NCBI GenBank assembly: GCA_963675525.2
Contig: CAXXSL010000016.1
Coordinates: 608,001-672,000 of the forward strand
Direction of reading: 5' to 3'
DNA: 64,000 bases
DNA from: Anaerohalosphaeraceae bacterium
Lineage (GTDB): Bacteria > Planctomycetota > Phycisphaerae > Sedimentisphaerales > Anaerohalosphaeraceae
In this document: piece by piece, positions 36,804 to 47,111 of the stretch
Layout of the letters: every line of letters starts with the position of its first letter
How positions within the stretch are numbered: position 1 is the first letter of the stretch
Translations under genes and position numbers: made by a program
Notes under the pieces: generated by a model
Seen by the model: only the letters and a program-made list of their open reading frames with translations
What the model was told of the DNA's origin: nothing
The model's database searches: none

Positions 36804-38210
36804 ATGAAGTGGAGTTTTTTCATATTCTTCTGCCTGTTATGCGGACCGGCTCTGGCTTCTGTACAGGTCCGTATCAGCGAGCCTAACACATTGGAGCCAT
36901 TCAAGTTACCACAGGTACACATCAGCGATCCCAACATATTGGGGAGCGACCCTAACACATTTGAGACTATCGATTTGCCGGAAATCATGGTCGGTGGACA
37001 TGTATCGCTTGTTGTCTATTCTGACTCGAATGATTTCTGGAGCGGCGGTCTCTTTATTGAGGGGCAGGACCGTGCGATCGGGCAATTACAGGCAAGAGAC
37101 AAGGACCCTAATTCGCGCGACTGGCGAGGAAGCCATTTGCCTGCCGCGGGCGAAGGGGCTTATGTACTTAACTGGAGAGACTCAGCGAAGTGGGGTTTTG
37201 ACTTGTATCCTGATGATGGCCCTTATCCTGACGCAGGCCTGTACCTTTATGATAATATGTCTTCTTATGATTTTGAATCGATGTGCCAAAAAGGAAACTG
37301 GTTTGTGATTGATTATTATGCGCTGGATGAAGGACTATGCAGCATTGGCATTTACAATCACTCTGATGAAGATTGGACAATTCCGGATCCGAATGCTTCG
37401 CTCATTTTCATAAACACGCCCACACGCGATCTATATTCCGATGGTTTTGTCAATTATGCCGATTTCGCGGCTTTTTCCTCTTATTGGGAAGCTGAAAACT
37501 GCAACGACCCCAATAATGGATGTTATCAGGCGGATTTCAGCAGAGATGGGACCGTTGGACTGGAAGATGTTGTCATGTTCGCCGATTTTTGGCTATGGGG
37601 AATTCCCGGCTGGAAACCCGCTGAGAAAATTGGCGGTGTTGCCCCCAATACATCTGATCCTAACTCAACCGACCCCAACATTGTGTATGACGTCACGTAT
37701 GCAATCGTCGATGTGAATTCACTGTCTGAAATCACTCTGGAAGTAGGTCAATGTATTACACTGTATGTCATAAAAAGCAGTTCCTCTGAAACGGTCAATC
37801 TGTTCAACATGAATGTGACAATTTCCAATCCTAATTGGGGCTCGATCGATAATTCCGAAACAGGTACCGCTGAAATTCTGGCAACACCTCGAATGGAAGC
37901 ATTTGATTATATCGGTCCGGCTGAGATCCAAGCTGAAGGAATCGGCTTCTTAGCCGCCAATGCCGGAACTTCTATTTTGGACGGCGACATGGCAAGTTTT
38001 GTCTACACGGCAACGGATCCTAACGATGTGAAACTGAGCTTAACCAATTATTCTTCAACGGGCGCCAATCTGGAATCGATTATAATCCACCAGGTTCTGT
38101 CTCCCGTAGATTTGCTCCAGCAAGCCTATGAAGAAAGCCCTGAACTTCAGGAATCCGTTCCTGAAACCGAATGGAACGCGTTTATCGAAAGCGTAGAAGC
38201 AAGTCAATAA
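36804..38210 (+). CDS. Secreted acidic protein with dockerin/EF-hand-like repeats and many [DE]PN motifs
   Basis: Signal peptide; DLYSDGFVNYADF...W and ADFSRDGTVGLEDV...W; start 36804 after GAGGA. Confidence 0.75.
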   Translation: MKWSFFIFFCLLCGPALASVQVRISEPNTLEPFKLPQVHISDPNILGSDPNTFETIDLPEIMVGGHVSLVVYSDSNDFWSGGLFIEGQDRAIGQLQARDKDPNSRDWRGSHLPAAGEGAYVLNWRDSAKWGFDLYPDDGPYPDAGLYLYDNMSSYDFESMCQKGNWFVIDYYALDEGLCSIGIYNHSDEDWTIPDPNASLIFINTPTRDLYSDGFVNYADFAAFSSYWEAENCNDPNNGCYQADFSRDGTVGLEDVVMFADFWLWGIPGWKPAEKIGGVAPNTSDPNSTDPNIVYDVTYAIVDVNSLSEITLEVGQCITLYVIKSSSSETVNLFNMNVTISNPNWGSIDNSETGTAEILATPRMEAFDYIGPAEIQAEGIGFLAANAGTSILDGDMASFVYTATDPNDVKLSLTNYSSTGANLESIIIHQVLSPVDLLQQAYEESPELQESVPETEWNAFIESVEASQ

Positions 38211-38261
38211 TAATTGAAATTAAACAAGATGTTCAGAATGATTGATGATAAGGAGTTACTG

Positions 38262-39950
38262 ATGAATCGAACCGTCATTTATCTGCTGTCGGTGTTGTTA
38301 TTGATTAATGGACTATGGGCTGATCGTCTCATGGCCCCGGAAGAAACCGAAGCACTTGTTAAACATCTAACCGACAACACCCGAGAATGCTGGATTCCAC
38401 TGGGCATGGTTCGAGCTCGACACATGGAGTATTACGAATATGACAACTCCATGAGAGAAGCGACCGAGACCGCCTACTACAATGATTCCCGGTTTCGCCT
38501 CGAAGTGCGTCTGGAAGACGGATTATCAATTGACGGTCTATCAGACGGGGATATAAAACAGCAATTTCAACAAGACTTAAAATTAAACCGCGATCGCATC
38601 TTTGTCTGGGACGGTCAAAAACGTGTGCAGTATTATCAATCGGCTGATTATGCGGTCGTTACCACGGATGAAGGGGGCGTTTCCCCCCAGAGTTGCGGCC
38701 CGATGACTGCAGGAATTGTCCCTTGGGGTCATGGAGACCTTACCCATTTGGTCATCATGTCTCAAAATCCAACCGCCTCTGAATTCCGCGAAGATGACCG
38801 GGACAAAATACAGCTTCAATATGTCAATAATAAAATTTCTCTGGATACCCTTGTTTCGTTCGTCTTCGACCCTTCCAAAAACTATGCCCTTTTATCGTAC
38901 AGCATGGAAAACAACGAGGCGATGCTGCGGCAAACTTATGACGGTTATTCACAGGCAGGTGATCAATGGGTTCCCTCCAAGATCCTGATCGAACGGTTTG
39001 ACAAACGTTCCGGAACACCACAGTTGATTTCTTATGAAGACTGGCAATTTGAAACGTTTGACACCTCGATACCGTCAAACGAAGTCTTCTCTGTCAAATT
39101 CAAAAACGGGACGATGGTGGAATTGACAGCCGCCAGCAACCTTAAAACGTTTGTGTATAACGCTTCAGATCAGGTCGATATTTCAAAAATCCTTGAAGAC
39201 AAAATCGCCCTTCTACAGGATCCGGACTCAGTCAACTGTGCCACAGTCGCAATTCAACATATTGCAAAGCGATTTTCAAAAATTATCCTCCAACCGGAAC
39301 TGGCTGGTCTTGTTTCGGCAGACACCAAAAAGACCGCCTTATCTGCTATGAAAAAAACGCTTGAAGAAGCAGGCTTAAACTGTATGGCTGTTGAAACCAA
39401 TTTGGAAACGCTGGAAAAAATGACCGGATGCACGAAAGTCCTTTATCTGTCGTTGAGTAACCACTATGTGATTCTCGATCATATTGATGAAGACGGAATC
39501 TGGCTGATCGACCTGACGAGCCGGAAGTTTTACACAAGGAGAAATGTTGACGAATTTCTGCAGGAATGGAATAATGGTGTTGCGCTGTTGGTCTCTAACG
39601 AACCGATCACCCCGCCGCTGGATGCCAACTTCCGTTATCTCCAGGCAGATGAGATGGCCCAAATATATGGCGGAGACAGCTTTGGAAAATACTCTTGCAC
39701 CGACATGATACAGGGTGATTATCATATTAATTGTCCAGATCCGATTGGAGGTATTATTTGCGTTGGTGCCTACTATAAGTTTATGAAGCGATTCGGCTGC
39801 ATCGAAGATGAAAATGGCGGATTCTGCACAGGCGAGAGATGGCCCGGATATGAATATTCTCAGTGTGTCTTCGCCGGATTCGCCGATGACGGAACGTTGC
39901 TTTGCGGTTCGGCTAACCCAGCTACACGGTTCATAAGAGCCTGTAATTAG
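38262..39950 (+). CDS. Secreted protein: LolA-like beta domain + peptidase C39 + double-glycine leader + Cys-rich C-terminal peptide
   Basis: Signal peptide; VNCAT (Cys), NHYVIL (His), WLID (Asp), FLQEWNNG..LL; LQADEMAQIYGG then 91 aa with 8 Cys; start 38262 after AAGGAG. Confidence 0.78.
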   Translation: MNRTVIYLLSVLLLINGLWADRLMAPEETEALVKHLTDNTRECWIPLGMVRARHMEYYEYDNSMREATETAYYNDSRFRLEVRLEDGLSIDGLSDGDIKQQFQQDLKLNRDRIFVWDGQKRVQYYQSADYAVVTTDEGGVSPQSCGPMTAGIVPWGHGDLTHLVIMSQNPTASEFREDDRDKIQLQYVNNKISLDTLVSFVFDPSKNYALLSYSMENNEAMLRQTYDGYSQAGDQWVPSKILIERFDKRSGTPQLISYEDWQFETFDTSIPSNEVFSVKFKNGTMVELTAASNLKTFVYNASDQVDISKILEDKIALLQDPDSVNCATVAIQHIAKRFSKIILQPELAGLVSADTKKTALSAMKKTLEEAGLNCMAVETNLETLEKMTGCTKVLYLSLSNHYVILDHIDEDGIWLIDLTSRKFYTRRNVDEFLQEWNNGVALLVSNEPITPPLDANFRYLQADEMAQIYGGDSFGKYSCTDMIQGDYHINCPDPIGGIICVGAYYKFMKRFGCIEDENGGFCTGERWPGYEYSQCVFAGFADDGTLLCGSANPATRFIRACN

Positions 39951-39991
39951 CCGACGCGAGCTGTCTTTTTTCTTGAGTCGGAGGCATAAAG

Positions 39992-40840
39992 TTGGTACGA
40001 TGCCTCTTTATGAGAGATGAGGGTTTAACTTTAGTTGAAGTTCTGGTTGTTATTGCAATTATCGCGATCTTGCTGACGATAACCGTCCCTGTCCTGCAGA
40101 AAAGCAAACAGCAAGGGGAAACTGTGATTTGCACCAATAACCTGAGACAATTGGGTATTGCTACCTTACTTTACGCTCAGGAAAAAAAATTCTATCCGGA
40201 GGGATTCTGCGGGAATCCGACATGCCATCCCAGCATTCCTTTCGCTGAATATATAAAGCTGGGCACTTCTGCCAGCAATGACTGGCAAAACAGTCGGTGG
40301 TGGTTTCATTTTTTGTTACTAAATGACATCATCGAAGATGATTTTTCCAGAGGCGGTTTGCTCTGTTGTCCTTCAAAACGATTGTCCGGCACTGGGCTTT
40401 CAGGAAATCTCTTATGCGGAAACTACGGTATCAACTACTCCATCTGCAAAATAATCATGAGTTCCACCGATGAATTTTCCGGAAAGCCGCTTCAACCGGA
40501 GCATGTCGGTTCTCCTTCGACCAAGCTGCTCTTAATGGATTCCGGCTACGCGTTGGTCAGTTGGAAAGCTTTGGCGACAGACAGTACGATCTATCCCTTT
40601 GAAAGACCCGGCCGACAAAACTCCTACTACCTGCCGGGGGCGACCATAAACGAGCAGCGTTTTGAGGACGGCACAATCAATGAATTCCAACAAGACGATG
40701 CCATCAATGGGCGTCACTCCGCCGGAAAATTCAATGCGGTCTTTGCGGACGGCCATGTGGGTAGAAAAAAACCTTCATCCGTTGAACCTGTTTTCGATGC
40801 CACCGGCAATATCTTAAGTAATTCACCCTGGTCCCCATAA
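39992..40840 (+). CDS. Prepilin-type N-terminal methylation protein with H-X9-DG C-terminus (DUF1559-like)
   Basis: GLTLVEVLVVIAIIAIL, CTNNLRQLG, RHSAGKFNAVFADGH. Confidence 0.9.
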   Translation: MVRCLFMRDEGLTLVEVLVVIAIIAILLTITVPVLQKSKQQGETVICTNNLRQLGIATLLYAQEKKFYPEGFCGNPTCHPSIPFAEYIKLGTSASNDWQNSRWWFHFLLLNDIIEDDFSRGGLLCCPSKRLSGTGLSGNLLCGNYGINYSICKIIMSSTDEFSGKPLQPEHVGSPSTKLLLMDSGYALVSWKALATDSTIYPFERPGRQNSYYLPGATINEQRFEDGTINEFQQDDAINGRHSAGKFNAVFADGHVGRKKPSSVEPVFDATGNILSNSPWSP

Positions 40841-42099
40841 GTTAATTGCTGGAATCCGTAACTTTCAAAGGCTTCCATGCACTCGGCATCCGAAGGATAG
40901 CTGACCTTCATTTCCATAATCAACTCAGCAGGCGAATCGCCGATTTTATCCCACCATTCAATCAGGTAAGGCATATGGGTGCGGCTATCCAGATAACCTC
41001 TCCATGTTCTTTTGATTTTAGTCTGGTTGCTCAGGGTTTCTTTCCAGGACCATTCATAAATCTTAACGTTTAAACCATCCTCAAGGACGGCATCTGAAAT
41101 ATATTCCCAGTCATAGGACTCCGGTAATTCTGAAATCTTTTTAAAGGGCAGCAAGCCCCAAGGACGCTCCAGTTCCATTTTGCTCTGGTATGGAACCAAT
41201 TGCACGGTTCCCTCATGATTTTGGTAAATTTTCCCTGACCGTTTATCCACCAAAAAAACATTTTCTTCATGCTGGAACAGGTAGGCCCCAAGCCCCTCTG
41301 AAATCCAAATATTTTCCAGTTCCTTTGGCCCGCCAAACTTCTGAATATGCGCATTCTTCTGAATATGCGCATTCCGCACAGTCTCTAAATTCGCGTAGAG
41401 CTGCCTGGCATCCAGCGCTTTAACATCTCCTGTTGGCAGCACCAGCAGAATGGCAAAAAGAATGGCCGCGGCAATTCCGCTTGCCGCCCAGGCAGAAACC
41501 GGGTGTTTTCGTACCTCTCGTCGCGGCAGTGCAGGTTGGAGTTGCCGACGTTCAACATCGGTTACAAACGAATCCGCCACCCATTCCTGTTCGGGATGTT
41601 CAGATGTTACACGCAGACGGGTTAGAACCATTGAACCGGCCTTGTCTTTGACTTCATCGAGCACTTCCCGTATCTGGGTGTCAAGCTCAACGGCGGAATC
41701 ATGGCCTGTCAAATAACAACCGGCCTTCATTAACTGTAAGCTTGAAAGACCCAGCGAAGCAATTGACTGAAGGCTCTTTTGGCATTCCGGACAGTTTTCA
41801 ATATGAGCCGTAACCGGCGTCTGGTGTTTGAGTTCAAGTTCGAAAATCAAAAGCGACGGCAACAGCGGTTTTATCAAATCACAGGAAACCCACCGGTCCA
41901 GTAATTGATAATGACACTGAAGATATTCCGGCGTCACCGGCGACTGAGCAGATGACGGTTCCTGCAACATCCCACGCAATCGCTCCAGTTCCCCTAAACA
42001 AACGGAACATTGCTCGATATGGGCCCTGCCCGGTTGGGGAACGGCCTCTATCTGATGCAGATAATCATAGTAATATATTCTCACATTTTCACACTTCAT
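40714..42099 (-). CDS. Putative anti-sigma factor with two zinc-finger motifs, TM and periplasmic LolA-like domain
   Basis: HIEQCSVC and HIENCPEC; TM WAASGIAAAILFAILLV; coupled to ECF gene. Confidence 0.7.
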   Translation of the reverse strand: MKCENVRIYYYDYLHQIEAVPQPGRAHIEQCSVCLGELERLRGMLQEPSSAQSPVTPEYLQCHYQLLDRWVSCDLIKPLLPSLLIFELELKHQTPVTAHIENCPECQKSLQSIASLGLSSLQLMKAGCYLTGHDSAVELDTQIREVLDEVKDKAGSMVLTRLRVTSEHPEQEWVADSFVTDVERRQLQPALPRREVRKHPVSAWAASGIAAAILFAILLVLPTGDVKALDARQLYANLETVRNAHIQKNAHIQKFGGPKELENIWISEGLGAYLFQHEENVFLVDKRSGKIYQNHEGTVQLVPYQSKMELERPWGLLPFKKISELPESYDWEYISDAVLEDGLNVKIYEWSWKETLSNQTKIKRTWRGYLDSRTHMPYLIEWWDKIGDSPAELIMEMKVSYPSDAECMEAFESYGFQQLTYGDQGELLKILPVASKTGSTDEGFFLPTWPSAKTALNFPAE

Positions 42100-42659
42100 A
42101 ACGTTCCCCTTCTTTCCTTATCAGCACTTGCTGATCCCTTGACGATCTGACGTAATTTTTTAAGCCCTACGGAAACATAACGAATCAATGTTTCCTTTTT
42201 TACATTCATTCTTTGAGCAGCCTGCTCATTGTCGTAATGATATTTAAACCGAAGCAAAACAGCTTCTGCCTCTTTTTCAGATAAATACTCACGGATCATT
42301 TCCACGGCTTTATCCATTTGTTCTGCCGAAAACAGTTCCTGTTCGGGCTGGTTTTCCGCTTTATCGATCTGTTTTTCGAGATATTCTTTAAATTTCAATT
42401 CCTGAGAAATTTTCCGTCTGAGGAACTCATTGGCTTTATTTACCACGAGACGAAATAAATAGCTTTTAATATTCTGAATTCCATCCAGATCACTTTTCGC
42501 CGACAACGCAATAAAAACCTCTTGGTAAATATCTTCCCTGTCTTCAGAGTTTCTCGCGGAAAATCGAATCACAGACTGAATAAATTCATCAAACTCCTGA
42601 TATATCTTCATCAAGATATCCGAGTCGTCAGTGACGTGATTCTGTTCGCATTGATCCAT
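42096..42659 (-). CDS. ECF sigma factor
   Basis: REDIYQEVFI, SYLFRLVVN, region 4 LSEKEAEAVLLRF. Confidence 0.88.
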   Translation of the reverse strand: MDQCEQNHVTDDSDILMKIYQEFDEFIQSVIRFSARNSEDREDIYQEVFIALSAKSDLDGIQNIKSYLFRLVVNKANEFLRRKISQELKFKEYLEKQIDKAENQPEQELFSAEQMDKAVEMIREYLSEKEAEAVLLRFKYHYDNEQAAQRMNVKKETLIRYVSVGLKKLRQIVKGSASADKERRGTL

Positions 42660-43034
42660 TACAAGGTCCTATAGTTGTCCTAATCCTTACTTGTTTACAA
42701 CGCTTATTGAAGCAACGCAAACACTATATCTCTATTAACTTTTAAAAACAACCATTCGGGCATGTTTTTCCCACTAAAATAAAGTTGTTTTCGGTGGCAG
42801 AAAAATTGATAATTTTTATGGATTTTAAGAAAATATTAATTGTTTTGTTACCAGGCACAATAGAATCCGCATTGAATGATTGGTTGTAAAGAGATTGTGT
42901 CTTTTTTGTGCAGTTTTGCCTTATGAGTAATTGAATTTTAATCCCGGCAAAGAAAGATTTCCGGCTAGAAAAACCGAATCATGCTCTGAAAGCCTGTTTG
43001 ACCATTCCAAATATGGAAACCAGCACTCCATTTT

Positions 43035-44468
43035 TCATGATGTGCCTGTTGGCTTATCGATCTGCATTGAAAAGTAATTTCGGGCATTATTGAAGCTGAT
43101 ATCCTCAACCATTTGTCCCAATAGCTTCATGTCTTTGGGCCAGAAGCCTTTTTCGACCTCTTCGCCGAGCAGATTGCACAGAATCCGCCGGAAATATTCG
43201 TGACGGGAATAGGACAGAAAACAGCGCGAATCGGTCAGCATTCCCACAAACCGGCTTAACAAACCCAGATTCGACAAGGCGTCCATCTGTTTAATCATGC
43301 CGTCCATCTGGTCCAAAAACCACCAGCCCGAACCAAACTGCAGTTTCCCCGGCGTCTTTCCGTCCTGGAAGTTGCCCAGCATGGTCGCCAGCACTTCATT
43401 GTCTTTGGGATTCAAATTATACAGAATCGTCGGAGCCAGTTTGTCTTCGGACGCCAGGCGATTGAGATATTTCGACAACGGCTGTGCAATTTCCCAGTCT
43501 GCAATCGAATCAAATCCCGTATCCGGCCCCAGTTGGCTTAACATCCGCGAATTATTATTGCGAAGCGCGCCCAGATGAAGTTGCTGGACCCAGCCTTTTT
43601 CATGGTCCATCCGGCCGAATTCTATCATCATCGCGGATTTAAACTTCTCGCAATCATCAAACGATAATTCTTCATTACCTCGTATCTTACTGAAAATCTT
43701 TTTGATCTCAGCATCGGTATAGTCGGCGGCAAACGGACGGTCCAGACCGTGGTCGCTCAGCCGGCAGCCGTTTTGGTGAAAATAGTCATGCCGGTTGCGA
43801 ATCGCCTTTAGATACGCATCAAAGCTGTTGATGTCAGTATCGGTTAACTCCGCCAGTTTGTCGATCCACGCATTCTGTGCGGCCTGATTTTCAGGAGCCA
43901 TTGCTTTATCCGGCCGCCATGCCGTATGCACGGCCACCTCAAACCCATCGGAGGCAATGGCCTGATGATATTCCAGACTGTCCAGCGGGTCCTCAGTCGT
44001 ACAGACCAGCTTGACGTTCCACTTGCGCATGATATTGCGAACACTGAATGCCTCGGTCTTGAGCATCTCACTGCATGCTTGGTAAATCTCTTCGGCTGTT
44101 TCGCCATTGAGCAATTTGTCTTTGATACCGAAGGGTTTTTTCAATTCCAGATGCGTCCAGTGATAGAGCGGATTGCGAATACAAGCGGGAACGGTCTGTC
44201 CCCACTTTTCGAATTTTTCCCAATCGGACGCATCGCCGGTACAGTATCGCTCATCGACACCGTTGGTTCGCATGGCGCGCCATTTATAGTGGTCGCCATA
44301 CAGCCAGATTTGAGTTAGATTATCAAAATTGCTGTCATCGGCAATTTGTGCGGCGGGCAGATGGCAATGATAATCATAAATCGGCATTTTCGCCGCGTGG
44401 TTGTGATAAAGTCGCCGCGCGGTCTCATTCTGCAGCAGGAAATCTTCATTCATATAGTCAAACGCCAT
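43035..44468 (-). CDS. uxaC: Glucuronate/galacturonate isomerase
   Basis: DYHCH, DHYKWRAMR, NPLYHWTHLEL, GSGWWF, GMLTDSR. Confidence 0.96.
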   Translation of the reverse strand: MAFDYMNEDFLLQNETARRLYHNHAAKMPIYDYHCHLPAAQIADDSNFDNLTQIWLYGDHYKWRAMRTNGVDERYCTGDASDWEKFEKWGQTVPACIRNPLYHWTHLELKKPFGIKDKLLNGETAEEIYQACSEMLKTEAFSVRNIMRKWNVKLVCTTEDPLDSLEYHQAIASDGFEVAVHTAWRPDKAMAPENQAAQNAWIDKLAELTDTDINSFDAYLKAIRNRHDYFHQNGCRLSDHGLDRPFAADYTDAEIKKIFSKIRGNEELSFDDCEKFKSAMMIEFGRMDHEKGWVQQLHLGALRNNNSRMLSQLGPDTGFDSIADWEIAQPLSKYLNRLASEDKLAPTILYNLNPKDNEVLATMLGNFQDGKTPGKLQFGSGWWFLDQMDGMIKQMDALSNLGLLSRFVGMLTDSRCFLSYSRHEYFRRILCNLLGEEVEKGFWPKDMKLLGQMVEDISFNNARNYFSMQIDKPTGTS

Positions 44469-44510
44469 CAGGTGCCTCACAAACTTAACAGTTGACAATG
44501 TACTTTCATT

Positions 44511-45964
44511 TTAAACCACATAGGTCGAAGCAGCGGTATCGCCGCCGCGACCGGTCCAGTTGGTATGGAAAAACTCGCCGCGTGGTTTATCCAGACGTTC
44601 GTACGTGTGAGCGCCGAAGTAGTCACGCTGCGCCTGAAGCAGATTGGCGGGCAGGCGTTCTGCGCGATAGCCATCAAAGTATGCCAGAGCCGAGCTGATA
44701 GCAGGCATCGGAACACCCATATTCACAGCAGCGATAACAACACGACGCCAGGCATCCTGTGCCTTAACAACGGCATCGGTGAAGAATGGATCCAACAGGA
44801 GGTTGTCCAGATCTGCATTGTTATCAAAGGCATCTTTGATCTTGCCGAGGAAGACCGAGCGAATGATACAACCGCCTCGCCACATCAGGGCGATGCCGCC
44901 GTTGTTGAGGTTCCATCCGTATTCAGCGGCCGCAGCACGCATGAGTTGGTAGCCCTGTGCATAGCTGACGATTTTGGATGCGTACAATGCCTGACGCAAG
45001 TCGTCAATCATCTGTTTTTTGTCACCATCAAAAGCTTTATTGGGACCGGAAAGAACTTTTGAAGCGGCAACGCGTTCGTCCTTCAATGCTGACAGGCAAC
45101 GTGCAAAGACCGCTTCGGTAACCAGTGTCAGAGGTTGACCGCAGTCCAGTGCTGAAACAGCGGTCCACTTTCCGGTGCCTTTTTGGCCGGCGGTATCGAG
45201 GATTGCATCGACCACTTCCTGGCCGTTTTCATCTGTGTAACCCAAAATGTCACGAGTAATTTCGATCAGGTACGAATCCAGCTCGCCTTCGTTCCATTCC
45301 TTGAAGACTTCGTGCATTTCTTCGTTGCTCATGCCCAGCCCCTGCTTCATCATCTGGTACGTTTCGCAGATCATCTGCATGTCGCCGTATTCGATGCCGT
45401 TATGCACCATCTTGACAAAGTGACCGGCGCCGTTTTCGCCGACCCAGTCGCAGCAGGGCTCACCGGAGTCCGTCTGAGCACAGATTTTCTGGAAGATCGG
45501 CTTGACCGCATCCCACGCGGCGGGCGATCCGCCCGGCATAATCGACGGACCTTTCAGCGCGCCTTCTTCGCCGCCGGAAACACCGGTACCAATGTAAAGT
45601 TTGCCCTTGCTCTCAACATATTCGGTTCGGCGAATGGTGTCGGGAAAGTGACTGTTACCGCCGTCGATGATAATATCGCCATCCTCAAGCACAGGAAGCA
45701 CCTGGTCGATGAACGCATCGACAGGTTTGCCCGCCTTGACCATAATCATCACCTTACGCGGGGTTTTCAACGACTGAACCATTTCCTCGACGCTGTGGCA
45801 ACCGATAGAATATTTTTACCCTTGGCCCGGCCGGCAGTGAAATCATCGACTTTCGAAACGGTACGATTATAACAGGCTACGGTGAAGCCTTTGCTTTCCA
45901 TGTTCAGGATAAGATTCTCACCCATCACTGCTAATCCAACAACTGCAATATCTGCCTTTGACAT
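44511..45964 (-). pseudogene. gnd: NADP-dependent 6-phosphogluconate dehydrogenase, frameshifted near 45807
   Basis: N-terminus GLAVMGENL..YNRT (45964) and remainder ([33 protein letters not shown]) are in different frames. Confidence 0.85.
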
Positions 45965-46014
45965 TTTTACTTCTCCATATATTGAAATAATTTTTTCGTG
46001 TTACAGTTTTATTA

Positions 46015-47088
46015 TTAACGTTTCACTCGTGCGTTGCCTTCCCAGATGCTCCAGACCTGCTCTTCATCGGCAGGCTGGCCATAATCGGTCAGCATGGTCG
46101 TTGCCAGGGCGCCGGTTGCCCAGCCGAAGCGGGCACATTTTTTCACATCCCAGCCCTTGAGGATGCCGTACAGCAGGCCGCCGACAAATCCGTCACCGCC
46201 GCCAATACGGTCCAGAACGCCGATTTCGCGCGGCTTGATGATTTCCCAGTCTTTGCTGTCCGTCACCAAGGCACCCCACATGTGGCAATTAGCCGATACC
46301 ACTTCACGCAGGGTCGTTCCATAATATTTAGCGTTGGGATACGCCTTTTGAACCCGGCCGATCATTTCCTTAAAGCCGTCAATTTTCGCATCCAGCCCCT
46401 GACCGCCGGCTTCCGGACCTTCGATGCCCAGGCAAAGCTGAAAGTCCTCTTCGTTGCCGATGAGAATATCGCTCAGCGAAGCAATCTCCGCAAACGCTTC
46501 ATGAAGTTCCTTTTCGCGCCCTTTCCAGAAACTGGCGCGGTGGTTCAAATCGAACGATATTCTCGAACCGTTTTTCTTGGCAATGCGGGCAACATCCAGA
46601 CAAAACTTGCTGGTCTTCGGCGACAGCGCCCCAATGAGACCCGACAGATGTACAATCTCAGCACCTTCTTTGGCAAAGATGCGTTCCATGTCGAACTGTT
46701 CGCTGCTCAGTTCACGTCCGACTTCGCCGGCCCGGTCATTCTGCACACGCGGGCCGCGCGATCCCCAGCCGCTGTCGGCCATGTTGATTTGATGACGAAA
46801 GCCCCACGGTCCGCCCTGCTCAATTTCAGGCCCCTCAAAATCCATTCGCCGACTGCCGAGGTTATCCTTGATAAAATGCGCGACCGGGCTGCCCTTGACA
46901 AAGGCCGTTAATACCTTGACCGGGAACCCAAGATAGGAGGCTACACTGGCAACATTGCTTTCTGCACTGGTCGCCTGCATTTTGAAGGTATCGCTGCAAT
47001 GGAAGGGCTGCGAATCAACAGGGGTTAATCGAATACCCATACTGGTTGCAACAAGCAGAGAGTATTTTTTTGATGCCGTTTCAGTCAT
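46015..47088 (-). CDS. PfkB-family sugar-acid kinase (KdgK-like; possible gluconate kinase)
   Basis: FDLNHRASFW, GNEEDF, DRIGGGDGF. Confidence 0.85.
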   Translation of the reverse strand: MTETASKKYSLLVATSMGIRLTPVDSQPFHCSDTFKMQATSAESNVASVASYLGFPVKVLTAFVKGSPVAHFIKDNLGSRRMDFEGPEIEQGGPWGFRHQINMADSGWGSRGPRVQNDRAGEVGRELSSEQFDMERIFAKEGAEIVHLSGLIGALSPKTSKFCLDVARIAKKNGSRISFDLNHRASFWKGREKELHEAFAEIASLSDILIGNEEDFQLCLGIEGPEAGGQGLDAKIDGFKEMIGRVQKAYPNAKYYGTTLREVVSANCHMWGALVTDSKDWEIIKPREIGVLDRIGGGDGFVGGLLYGILKGWDVKKCARFGWATGALATTMLTDYGQPADEEQVWSIWEGNARVKR

Positions 47089-47111
47089 TTTTATGCTCCA
47101 CAAACATTTTA

